Shown here: positions 8,344 to 16,865 of the stretch, in pieces
Position numbering within the stretch: the stretch's first letter is position 1
How the letters are laid out: every line of letters starts with the position of its first letter
Virus record (IMG/VR): IMGVR_UViG_3300033463_000115
Span: 91 to 64,090 of that record
Length of the DNA stretch: 64,000 nucleotides
Source of the DNA: a virus
Taxonomy: Duplodnaviria; Caudoviricetes
Direction: 5' to 3' (one strand)
Position numbers and translations under genes: made by a program
Notes under the pieces: model-generated
The model's database searches: none
What the model saw: the letters and a program-made list of their open reading frames with translations, nothing else
Told to the model about the DNA's origin: nothing

Positions 8344-11208
8344 ATGAAGTTATCTTCAGACGAAGCATATGAAGTATATTTTTTAGAGGATGAACTGGAG
8401 CATTCAGGAACACCTCAGATGTATGACGGTGACCCAAATGGTAGTGGACGTTACAGACAGGGAAGCGGTAAGAATCCTTATCAGCATGTTGGAACATTCT
8501 CAGAAATGGTCAACAAATATTTAGCTGAAGGCAAAACAAAGAAAGAAATAGCTGAGATGTTTGGTATGACTACAACACAGATGAATGCTGCTAAAACTTA
8601 TGATGCTAACTTAGCAAAGATGCAGAGAGACGCCAAGATATATAAACTTCATGACAAAGGATATTCCAACTTGGCTATTGCAAAAGAAATGGGTATACCA
8701 GACACCACAGTTGGTACAGTAATACGTAACAAAGATATGAAGAAAGAAAATCAACTGATGAAGACAATAGAGGTTCTTAAAGAATCAGTTGAAAAAGATA
8801 CTTATATTGATGCAGGTAAAGGTGTTGAAAGACATTTAGGCATAACTGAGTCAAGACTTATTGATGCTGTTAATGTACTTAAGTCTGAAGGATATACTGT
8901 TGAGACTATGAATATTAAACAACTCTCGACCAATCAGTTTACTAATGTGAAAGTATTAGCTCCTCCTGACACATCACGTAAAGAGTTATTTGATAATCTA
9001 GGTAACATTAAACTACCATTTAAATATTCACAAGATGGTGGAGATACATTTGTTAAAAAAGAACCACCAGTTAATATTGATAGCAGCAGAGTTCTTATTC
9101 GTTATGCTGAAGATGGTGGTGTTGATAAGGATGGTGTTATTGAGTTAAGAAGAGGAGTTGAAGATCTTAACTTAGGTTTAGCTCGATACGCACAAGTAAG
9201 AATTGGTGTTGATGATAAATCATATCTTAAAGGTATGGCTATGTATACTGATGAGAAACTTCCTCCTGGTAAAGATATTATCTACAACACAAACAAAAAG
9301 AGAGGAACACCTGACTATAAAGTATTTAAAGATCAGGATGGTGTTGAAGATGGTGTAAGAGTAAGACCTCCAACGGATCCTAATAATCCTTTTGGTGCTA
9401 CTATCAAAGATGACGCTGACCTTAAGATGTTTAATCGTAGTTATATTGGTAAAGACGGTAAACAACATCAGTCTGCTCTCAATATAGTTAATGAGGAAGG
9501 CGAATGGGCAACATGGAGTAAGACACTTGCATCACAGTTCTTAGCTAAACAGCCTATTGATTTAGCAAAGAAACAACTTGACCTTGATGCTGCTAAGAGA
9601 TATGCTGACTATGAGGAACTCAGTAATCTAACCAACCCAGCAGTAAAGAAGAAGCTTCTCCAATCATTTGCTGACGAGTGTGATTCAGCAGCAGTTCATT
9701 TAACAGCAGCAGGATTACCAAGACAGCAGACGCATGTTCTTCTTCCTAACAATGATGTTAAGGATGGAGAGATATATGCACCTAACTATAAGAATGGTGA
9801 AGAAGTAGTTCTTATTAGATACCCTCATGGTGGTCTGTTTGAAATACCCCGTCTTAAAGTAAACAACAAGATTAAATCAGCAATTGATATTATTGGTAAT
9901 GCTAAGGATGCTGTAATGATTAGTGGTAAGACTGCTGAACAACTTAGTGGTGCTGACTTTGATGGTGATACTGCACTTGTATTACCAACTAAAGGACAGA
10001 ACATTAAGAACATGAAAGCTATTGAGGGTCTTGCTACATTCGATACTAAGGCCTATAAAGTAGATGATAAAGACTTGTGGTCTGAATCTAATCCAAAAGG
10101 ATTTAAACCCATGACTAAAGTTCAGAGAAACAATGAAATGGGTAGAGCTACAAATCTTATTACTGACATGAGTGTTCTGTTATCATCAGAGCTCAATGAG
10201 AATCATCCAGCTATGAGTGAGATAGTAAGAGCTACTAAGTATTCAATGGTTGTTGTAGATGCATATAAACACAAACTTAATTGGAAGCAAGCTTACGAAG
10301 AGTTTGGTATTAAAGAACTTCAGAACAAGTATCAGAATGGTGGTGGTGTATCAACACTGCTATCAATGTCTACATCTGAAGAACACGTACCAAAGAGAAA
10401 GACTTACTATAAGATTGATAAGAAAACTGGAGAGAAGATTTGGGAACTTGAAACTGATCCTAAGAAAGCAAAGAAGCATTCTCCAGTCATCGACAAGAAG
10501 ACAGGAGAGATTAAGATTGATCCTGAAACTGGTCGTAAGATGTATAAAGAAGAAGACGCTATGACTAAGTCAACTAAGGGATACGAGTATGATCCTTATG
10601 ACCTCATAGCTAGTAAAGGAAGAAAGCCCACTGAGATAGAAAAGGTATACGCCGACTATGCTAGAGAGATGAAGGCACTTGGTAATAAAGCTCGTCTTAC
10701 TTTAGATCGTACCCCCAATCAAGAGAAGGTTAAGGGTATGGCTGAGAAATACGCCGCTGAAGTAGAGTCACTTAACACAAAGCTTGATAAAGCACTCTCT
10801 AATGCCCCTCTTGAAAGGCAGGCCCAGATAGTTGGTAATAAGACCCTAGAGCTGTACAAATTAGACCATCCTGAATTAAAGGATGATAAGGACAAGCTCA
10901 AGAAAAAGAAGTATGAATGCTTGCAAGAAGCACGTAAACAAGTAGGTGCAGGTAAGGAACAAATAGAGATTACTGACAAGGAATGGGAAGCTATACAGGC
11001 TGGAGCTATCTCTAATAATAAACTTACCGAGATCATGAATAACTGTAACGAGGACCGTTTAAAACAACTTGCTACCCCTAAGACTAAGAGAGAAGTCTCT
11101 GATAGTACTAAGACAAGAGTAGAGAATCTTGCTAAGTCTGGAGCTACTACAGCACAGATAGCAGAAGCTACAGGATTAAGTATTAGTACTATCCAGTCTA
11201 TCATTTAA
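8344..11208 (+). CDS. Single-subunit two-barrel (DPBB) DNA-dependent RNA polymerase, RdRP/YonO-like, with HTH domains
   Basis: QLSGADFDGD (aa 537-542 = ADFDGD), RYPH (aa 492), QVR..LKG (aa 284-297); HTH-like segments at both termini. Confidence 0.8.
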   Translation: MKLSSDEAYEVYFLEDELEHSGTPQMYDGDPNGSGRYRQGSGKNPYQHVGTFSEMVNKYLAEGKTKKEIAEMFGMTTTQMNAAKTYDANLAKMQRDAKIYKLHDKGYSNLAIAKEMGIPDTTVGTVIRNKDMKKENQLMKTIEVLKESVEKDTYIDAGKGVERHLGITESRLIDAVNVLKSEGYTVETMNIKQLSTNQFTNVKVLAPPDTSRKELFDNLGNIKLPFKYSQDGGDTFVKKEPPVNIDSSRVLIRYAEDGGVDKDGVIELRRGVEDLNLGLARYAQVRIGVDDKSYLKGMAMYTDEKLPPGKDIIYNTNKKRGTPDYKVFKDQDGVEDGVRVRPPTDPNNPFGATIKDDADLKMFNRSYIGKDGKQHQSALNIVNEEGEWATWSKTLASQFLAKQPIDLAKKQLDLDAAKRYADYEELSNLTNPAVKKKLLQSFADECDSAAVHLTAAGLPRQQTHVLLPNNDVKDGEIYAPNYKNGEEVVLIRYPHGGLFEIPRLKVNNKIKSAIDIIGNAKDAVMISGKTAEQLSGADFDGDTALVLPTKGQNIKNMKAIEGLATFDTKAYKVDDKDLWSESNPKGFKPMTKVQRNNEMGRATNLITDMSVLLSSELNENHPAMSEIVRATKYSMVVVDAYKHKLNWKQAYEEFGIKELQNKYQNGGGVSTLLSMSTSEEHVPKRKTYYKIDKKTGEKIWELETDPKKAKKHSPVIDKKTGEIKIDPETGRKMYKEEDAMTKSTKGYEYDPYDLIASKGRKPTEIEKVYADYAREMKALGNKARLTLDRTPNQEKVKGMAEKYAAEVESLNTKLDKALSNAPLERQAQIVGNKTLELYKLDHPELKDDKDKLKKKKYECLQEARKQVGAGKEQIEITDKEWEAIQAGAISNNKLTEIMNNCNEDRLKQLATPKTKREVSDSTKTRVENLAKSGATTAQIAEATGLSISTIQSII

Positions 11209-11228
11209 AGAAAGGAGAGTTAAACTAA

Positions 11229-11471
11229 ATGGCTGAAGTAATGTTAACAACAACCGATAATCCATTCGATCCTTTAGACGACGATCAGTTTGAAGATTGG
11301 TATGCATTCGATAGTTCACATGGTTACAACACATTGTCATACATTGCTAGGATTGCGATGTGTAGTGATGCTCTTCCTGATGAGTTCAATGATAGAGAAT
11401 ATGAAAGAGCTATCGACGAAATAGTTTCTTTTAATTTAACAGGAAACTACAAGAAGGTGGTTAAGAACTGA
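11229..11471 (+). CDS. Conserved-looking hypothetical protein next to the genome end
   Basis: 80 aa, MLTTTDNPFDP motif, AAAGGAG RBS. Confidence 0.75.
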   Translation: MAEVMLTTTDNPFDPLDDDQFEDWYAFDSSHGYNTLSYIARIAMCSDALPDEFNDREYERAIDEIVSFNLTGNYKKVVKN

Positions 11472-11482
11472 ACCTGAAGACG

Positions 11483-11556
11483 GTGGGGGGGTCAAAACAA
11501 ACTACACCCCCTCCCTTTTCGGGTGGCTCTTAAAATTTTCTCCGGAGGATATTTTT
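11483..11556. other. Probable cos / packaging-initiation region (candidate 9-nt core CGGGTGGCT, 11520-11528)
   Basis: G-run and C-run, GC-rich 9-mer, then AAAATTTTCTCCGGAG, upstream of small terminase-like and HNH genes; position typical of HNH-terminase cos phages. Confidence 0.5.
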
Positions 11557-11564
11557 ATATTTTC

Positions 11565-11720
11565 GTTTCCACTTAGTTTTGGGAAGTCTGCTATTACGGT
11601 TTCCATGTTCATCGTAGACCTCCTAAAAGATGCGTGCCATACATTCACACTCCTTTCTAAACCCTCACCTACTCGGACTGACTTCCCAAAACTAAGTGGA
11701 AACACATGGAAACCGTAATA
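11565..11720. repeat. Two interleaved perfect inverted repeats (24 bp and 17 bp)
   Basis: 11565-11588 with 11680-11703; 11592-11608 with 11704-11720. Confidence 0.95.
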
Positions 11721-11747
11721 AAACTATATTTAAAGGAGGTGGATCTA

Positions 11748-12104
11748 TTGGCAAAGTCGACGAAAGGCGATGCTAACCCATCTAAAAAGAGAAGACTCCC
11801 TCCAGCTATTACACCAGAAGCTAGAGAGAATCAAATTATTTCTTTAGCATACGACCTAGTCGAACAGAGGCTGATAGATGGAACTGCAACATCAGCGGAA
11901 ACAACTGCCGTCCTAAGACTTGGAACGCAGAAGGCACGACTAGAAAGGGAGAAACTCGAACAAGAAGTAAAGTTAGCAGCAGCTAAAACAGAAGCAATTG
12001 AGTCATCACGTAAGACGGAGGAACTTATGGAGAAGGCTATTGCTGCAATGAGAGAATATTCGGGAGCAGGCACTGGAGGAGAAGAGTATGAGGACTTATT
12101 CTGA
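11748..12104 (+). CDS. Putative terminase small subunit
   Basis: AAGGAGGT RBS before TTG 11748; helical protein in first position after cos, before HNH. Confidence 0.55.
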   Translation: MAKSTKGDANPSKKRRLPPAITPEARENQIISLAYDLVEQRLIDGTATSAETTAVLRLGTQKARLEREKLEQEVKLAAAKTEAIESSRKTEELMEKAIAAMREYSGAGTGGEEYEDLF

Positions 12105-12495
12105 GTTAATACTATTATCTACTTTTGAAGAACGCTACGAATATTTGAGAACTGGTTCACTTGTTGGTGACATTACATTCGGCGGAGGACGTTGGCTTAA
12201 TCAAGCTCTATATACTTCACCTGAATGGAAGCAGTTTAGGAATGAGATCATATTGCGCGATCAAGCTTGTGACTTAGCAATGCCTGATTACGAGATACAT
12301 GGACGAATAATAGTTCATCATCTCAATCCTATTACTAAAGAAGATGTCATCAATCGTAACTATTGTGTGTTTGATCCGGAGAATGTAGTATGTGTATCAC
12401 ACTCTACTCATAACGCAATACATTACGGAGATGAGAACCAGTTACCACAGAAACCAATCATACGAAGACCAAACGATACTTGTCCATGGAGGTGA
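12088..12495 (+). CDS. HNH endonuclease (packaging-associated)
   Basis: CDLA..IVHHLNP..NVVCVSHSTHNAIH. Confidence 0.85.
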   Translation: MRTYSELILLSTFEERYEYLRTGSLVGDITFGGGRWLNQALYTSPEWKQFRNEIILRDQACDLAMPDYEIHGRIIVHHLNPITKEDVINRNYCVFDPENVVCVSHSTHNAIHYGDENQLPQKPIIRRPNDTCPWR

Positions 12496-12502
12496 TTAAC
12501 CC

Positions 12503-12730
12503 TTGAAAAGAATGAAGATAGTAAACTGTCATCAAGCTTCTATAGTAAGAGATCCTTGTGATACAGAACTTATGAATGAAGTAATAGCTACACTTGATGC
12601 TGGAACAGAACTTGACGTTGAAGACACGTGTGTTTATTGGAGTTGGAATGATAAGACCTACTACAAGTGTAAGTGGGGCTATAAGGAAGACGAGGGTTAT
12701 ATTCACACGGGCTTAGTGGAGGTGATTTAA
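12503..12730 (+). CDS. Small SH3-like beta protein
   Basis: 75 aa, TTG start after GGAGGT; YYKCKW..EGYIH pattern. Confidence 0.5.
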   Translation: MKRMKIVNCHQASIVRDPCDTELMNEVIATLDAGTELDVEDTCVYWSWNDKTYYKCKWGYKEDEGYIHTGLVEVI

Positions 12731-13101
12731 TGGCAGACAACACAGCAGTAATTCCTGACGACTCTATTCTTAAGTGTATTAAGAAACAGCTTAACTTAGA
12801 AGCAGACTACACACCATTTGATCCTGAGATAATAGTCCATATAAACAGTTCTTTCTGGAGATTAAGACAACTAGGTGTTGGAACTGATAATTTCTCCATT
12901 ACTGGATACAATGAAACCTGGAATGATTACTTAGGAGAAGATACTGGTAAGATGGAGATAGTTAAGACTTGGATTTGGATGAATGTTCGTCTATTATTTG
13001 ACCCTCCAACTAACAATGCTTCTCTGTTTAATGCTTACAAAGAACAATTAGAGAAGTATGAATCTCTCATAGTTTACGAGTGTGATCCTCACTATGAGTA
13101 G
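12730..13101 (+). CDS. Head-tail adaptor (connector) protein
   Basis: ILKCIKKQL..PFDPEIIVHINSSF..LRQLGVG..LLFDPP; size and position. Confidence 0.65.
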   Translation: MADNTAVIPDDSILKCIKKQLNLEADYTPFDPEIIVHINSSFWRLRQLGVGTDNFSITGYNETWNDYLGEDTGKMEIVKTWIWMNVRLLFDPPTNNASLFNAYKEQLEKYESLIVYECDPHYE

Positions 13102-13477
13102 ATTTGTTAAATTAAACATGAACCCAGAATTCAATGACGATTCTGATTGCACAGTAAGAGCTATATGTCTGCTACTTGACAAAAGTTGGGATGCGGTATA
13201 TTTAGAACTATGTGCTGAAGGATTCAACATGAAACGTATGCCTATCAACGACAAAGTATGGGGTTCATATTTAGTAAAAGAAGGATGTAAGAGATACAGA
13301 TTACCTAATACATGTCCTATATGTTACACAGTAAACGATTTTGCTATTGACTATCCTAAAGGAGAATATTTAGTCAAGGTTGATACACATGTAGTAGCTG
13401 TAGTTAATGGATACTACTACGATACTTGGGATTCTGGTAACGAAGTAGCTCTATATTATTGGAAGAAGGAGTATTAA
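13094..13477 (+). CDS. Hypothetical protein with DCTVRAI motif
   Basis: NP..DCTVRAI..W..YL..G; H-V-A-V..G.YYDTWDSG. Confidence 0.75.
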   Translation: MSRFVKLNMNPEFNDDSDCTVRAICLLLDKSWDAVYLELCAEGFNMKRMPINDKVWGSYLVKEGCKRYRLPNTCPICYTVNDFAIDYPKGEYLVKVDTHVVAVVNGYYYDTWDSGNEVALYYWKKEY

Positions 13478-13827
13478 TGTTTAACACACAACCTACTAAC
13501 CAACGCACTAGTGAAATCTTAACAATAGATTTAATAAGTGGAGAATCAGCAGTATATTCTTTCTACGTGGCTCCTGGCGTTACTGCCTTCTTGATAGACT
13601 TTAATAATAAGAGATTCTATATTAAAGCCGTTGACTTTAGAGGAGTACCACAACAGATAAGAACATTCACTTTTGACGAAGTTATTCAGCAGAATACTAT
13701 TCCTACTGATAATAGTCAGAACAATAATCTACAGACACAAATTGATGAACTTAAACAAATGATTCTAGCTATGGGACAGAACAACCAGAATCAGAATAAA
13801 GACCAGAAAAGAGGCAATAACAGATGA
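13477..13827 (+). CDS. Hypothetical protein with Q/N-rich C-terminus
   Basis: ATG overlaps upstream stop; AAGGAG RBS. Confidence 0.75.
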   Translation: MFNTQPTNQRTSEILTIDLISGESAVYSFYVAPGVTAFLIDFNNKRFYIKAVDFRGVPQQIRTFTFDEVIQQNTIPTDNSQNNNLQTQIDELKQMILAMGQNNQNQNKDQKRGNNR

Positions 13828-14054
13828 ATGAGATAATGACACAAATGCTTATGCAGAGAATGGGTGGTCCTCAACAGTTTCAGTCTGCTATGAACGCTGC
13901 ACAGCAAGCTCTTGCGCAGTGTAATGTCTCTATGGAACAGTTTATGCAGAATCCTCAGGGTGTAATGAATCAGTTAGTACAGTCTGGAGCGATTCCACAA
14001 GATAAATTAAACCAAGCCATTCAACAGGCTAATAATTCATACCCAAGGAGGTAA
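13824..14054 (+). CDS. Small Q/M-rich hypothetical protein
   Basis: 76 aa; NPQGVMNQLVQSGAIPQDKLNQA. Confidence 0.75.
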   Translation: MNEIMTQMLMQRMGGPQQFQSAMNAAQQALAQCNVSMEQFMQNPQGVMNQLVQSGAIPQDKLNQAIQQANNSYPRR

Positions 14055-14059
14055 TTACT

Positions 14060-14641
14060 ATGTCAGAAATCAAAAAGGAACTCTGGAAACTCTCAGAGAA
14101 GCTTGGTGTTGAAGGTCATTCAAGCACAATTAACGGACAGCTTAACATTATCAACACTGCTCTTGGTGGAGATAAGGGATCAGACATTGCTGAAAGTGTA
14201 AAGAACTACACCACTACACAGACAGAGGTGGAGAAGCCTGATGGTGTAACACTTGCTGGTATTGATCCGTCTAAAACTGTATTTGAACTTCTTATAAGTG
14301 ACATCAACAAGGACATCACAGTTGGCGATGATGGAATTATCAGAGGAGAAGTTAAGTATGTTGACGAAGGTTCACATGCTGAGTATTGGGGACCTGGCTA
14401 TTTCCTTGGTCTTCAGCTCTCCAACATCGACGCAAGCGCAACTTCTGTTCTTGTAGGTCTTGAGCCTAGCTATGGTAGTGGACTTGTAGAGATTATTGAA
14501 GACCCAGATCTCAACGGTCTCTTTAAGATTCACGATAAGTATAAGCAGAAGGTTAAGATAGTAACTTCTGATGGAACAAGAAAGACAACTCAGCTCTTCA
14601 GTCTTGTAGGACTTGAGTTTGTTGATGAACTTTCTGAGTAA
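14060..14641 (+). CDS. Hypothetical beta-rich protein
   Basis: 193 aa, AAGGAGGT RBS. Confidence 0.75.
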   Translation: MSEIKKELWKLSEKLGVEGHSSTINGQLNIINTALGGDKGSDIAESVKNYTTTQTEVEKPDGVTLAGIDPSKTVFELLISDINKDITVGDDGIIRGEVKYVDEGSHAEYWGPGYFLGLQLSNIDASATSVLVGLEPSYGSGLVEIIEDPDLNGLFKIHDKYKQKVKIVTSDGTRKTTQLFSLVGLEFVDELSE

Positions 14642-14718
14642 TACTTCAAAATTCTAAGTCACACTACTTAATCTCACCAAGAGATTTTGTAAATATTTTA
14701 CTAAGGAGGGCTCACCAT

Positions 14719-15537
14719 ATGGGCTTTTCAGACGCAGCAACAAACACACCATTCACAATGCCAGTCACACCTATGTACGGAGGTGGATATGGTAACGGCG
14801 GCTTCGGATTCGGTGGAGACGGAGCTTGGTGGCTTCTGGTACTTCTCTTCGCTATGAACGGCGGATGGGGTAACGGATTCGGCTATGGCGCAGGAGCAGG
14901 TATGCCTCTGTATGCTATGAACACCAATAACGACGTACAGAGAGGTTTTGACCAGAGTGCTATTATGAGTGGCATTAATGGGATTACCTCAGATCTTTGC
15001 AACGGATTTGCTGGAGTTACAAATGCAGTTAATACAGGATTTGCTTCAGCAGAAATTGCAAACAATTCTAGACAGATCGCAGACATGCAGCAGAACTTCG
15101 CTATGCAGACAGCAATCACTGGAGGAATGAACAATCTTCAGAGTCAGTTAGCACAGTGCTGTTGTGATAATCGTCTTGCGACTGCAAACCTTAACTCTAC
15201 AATTCTTTCAGAAAACTGTGCTGACAGATACGAAGCTGCTAACAACACAAGAGACATTATCAACACTATTAACAGTGGCGTACAGTCTCTTAAGGATCAG
15301 ATGTGTCAGGATAAGATTGATGCTAAGGATGACATTATTGCTCAGCTTCGTTCAGAGCTTATGTTCTCTAGAGGACAGACTTCACAGGATCTTCAGACTG
15401 CTGCAATACAGCTTGGTCAGAGGAATCTTGCTAACGAAATAGAGCAGTATGTTGCTCCTCGTGCTATTCCTGCTTATATGGTTCAGAACCCTAACTGCTG
15501 CAACAACAACTCATATTCTTGTGGTTGTAACTATTAA
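14719..15537 (+). CDS. Gly-rich / coiled-coil protein with CCC and terminal Cys motifs
   Basis: GFGGDGAWWLLVLLF hydrophobic segment, QCCCDNR, NPNCC..CGC. Confidence 0.85.
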   Translation: MGFSDAATNTPFTMPVTPMYGGGYGNGGFGFGGDGAWWLLVLLFAMNGGWGNGFGYGAGAGMPLYAMNTNNDVQRGFDQSAIMSGINGITSDLCNGFAGVTNAVNTGFASAEIANNSRQIADMQQNFAMQTAITGGMNNLQSQLAQCCCDNRLATANLNSTILSENCADRYEAANNTRDIINTINSGVQSLKDQMCQDKIDAKDDIIAQLRSELMFSRGQTSQDLQTAAIQLGQRNLANEIEQYVAPRAIPAYMVQNPNCCNNNSYSCGCNY

Positions 15538-15549
15538 GGAGGTTCTGTG

Positions 15550-15987
15550 ATGGCAGAGTTTATTAGTATTCCTGTACAGGAAGTTCCTTATGGACAGTCT
15601 GTTCTTCTTTCAGCTAGAAGAGGATGTAATAAGGGTTATATTCTTCACAGAGAAGGTTCAGGTATTGTAACTCTCAGAGGAATAGTAAACAATCCGTGTA
15701 ATAACAGAGCAAGATATCAGGTTACATTCAATGGTAACATCGCAGTTCCTACTGGTGGTACTGTTGGAGAGATATCTTTATCTGTAGCTATTAGTGGAGA
15801 GGGAGATCCAGCTTCACTTGGAGCTTATACACCTACTGTTGTTGACGCTTACGGTAACGTAACATGTACGACACAGATAGATGTATATTCGGGTTGTTGT
15901 ACTGATATTTCTATTGAGAATACATCATCAACAAGCGAGCCTATCAATGTGAGAAACGCTAACCTTGTTGTATCCAGAATCGGCTAA
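15550..15987 (+). CDS. Beta-sandwich protein (possibly BclA_C/C1q-like)
   Basis: 146 aa beta-rich; YQVTFNGNIA..; NANLVVSRIG terminus. Confidence 0.65.
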   Translation: MAEFISIPVQEVPYGQSVLLSARRGCNKGYILHREGSGIVTLRGIVNNPCNNRARYQVTFNGNIAVPTGGTVGEISLSVAISGEGDPASLGAYTPTVVDAYGNVTCTTQIDVYSGCCTDISIENTSSTSEPINVRNANLVVSRIG

Positions 15988-16001
15988 AGGAGGAATAACT
16001 T

Positions 16002-16379
16002 ATGCATGATCTTAATGAAAGAGTAAGAGACCTTCTTGAAAGAAAAGTCGAGGAGGTAGTTGACAGAGGAGATATTAGTGGTAGTGAACTTGAATGTATT
16101 TACAAAGCATACAAGACAATCTACTACATGACTACTACTGAAGCTATGGAAGACTATGGTGATGACTACAGCCGTGGTTACACACATACACCTGATTGGT
16201 CACGTGACATGAATTCTATGAGAAGAGGACGTGGAGCTGACGGTAGATATAAGAGTATGCACTCTGTTAACGATAGAATCATAGCAAACCTTGAACGTGA
16301 ACTCAACACAAACATCTCTGACTTCGAGAGACAGAGAATAATGGATGAGATTCATCGTTTAAGAGACATGAAAGACTAA
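16002..16379 (+). CDS. Hypothetical protein
   Basis: 125 aa; YSRG..RGRGADGRY motif; terminator at about 16390-16420. Confidence 0.75.
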   Translation: MHDLNERVRDLLERKVEEVVDRGDISGSELECIYKAYKTIYYMTTTEAMEDYGDDYSRGYTHTPDWSRDMNSMRRGRGADGRYKSMHSVNDRIIANLERELNTNISDFERQRIMDEIHRLRDMKD

Positions 16380-16442
16380 TGACGTTATGGGGAGTCTGAG
16401 TTCGCTTGGACTCCTCTTAACTTTATAAAGGAGGAGAATGAA

Positions 16443-16865
16443 ATGGAGTTTAAAGAAATCTATGATGCCATGTTAGAATCAGAACATTATAGAGTTTTAA
16501 TAATCCCGTTCGCTCTTATGTGTCTTGACATTCTCACTGGTGTTTCACACGCTTGGGCTACTGGTCATCTTAAATCATATAAGATGAGAGAAGGGCTCAA
16601 CCGTAAGTTTGCCGAAATCTGTATTCTCGCTATTGGTGTGTTATTCCGTTGGGCAATTAATCTGCCCGACTACATTGTCATTGGTCTGACCATCTATGTT
16701 ATGATAATGGAGTTGGTTTCTATTTGCGAGAATCTTGATAAGATGGGAGTTAAGATACCTAAGTTTATACAGAACGCATTACGAAATGCTGAGTACAAAC
16801 TTCAAAATGAGGACCCACTCAAGAAAGATGGTGAGACGAATGAACAGATGGATAGCAAGTTATGA
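16443..16865 (+). CDS. Holin (toxin-secretion/phage lysis holin type)
   Basis: LDILTG..KSYKMREGL.RK..E.VSICENL..MGV.IP; three hydrophobic segments. Confidence 0.85.
   Translation: MEFKEIYDAMLESEHYRVLIIPFALMCLDILTGVSHAWATGHLKSYKMREGLNRKFAEICILAIGVLFRWAINLPDYIVIGLTIYVMIMELVSICENLDKMGVKIPKFIQNALRNAEYKLQNEDPLKKDGETNEQMDSKL

Noticed and set aside
12088-12495. HNH gene as a mobile homing endonuclease
   Set aside because: Its size and position beside the small terminase and cos fit the packaging-associated HNH class.
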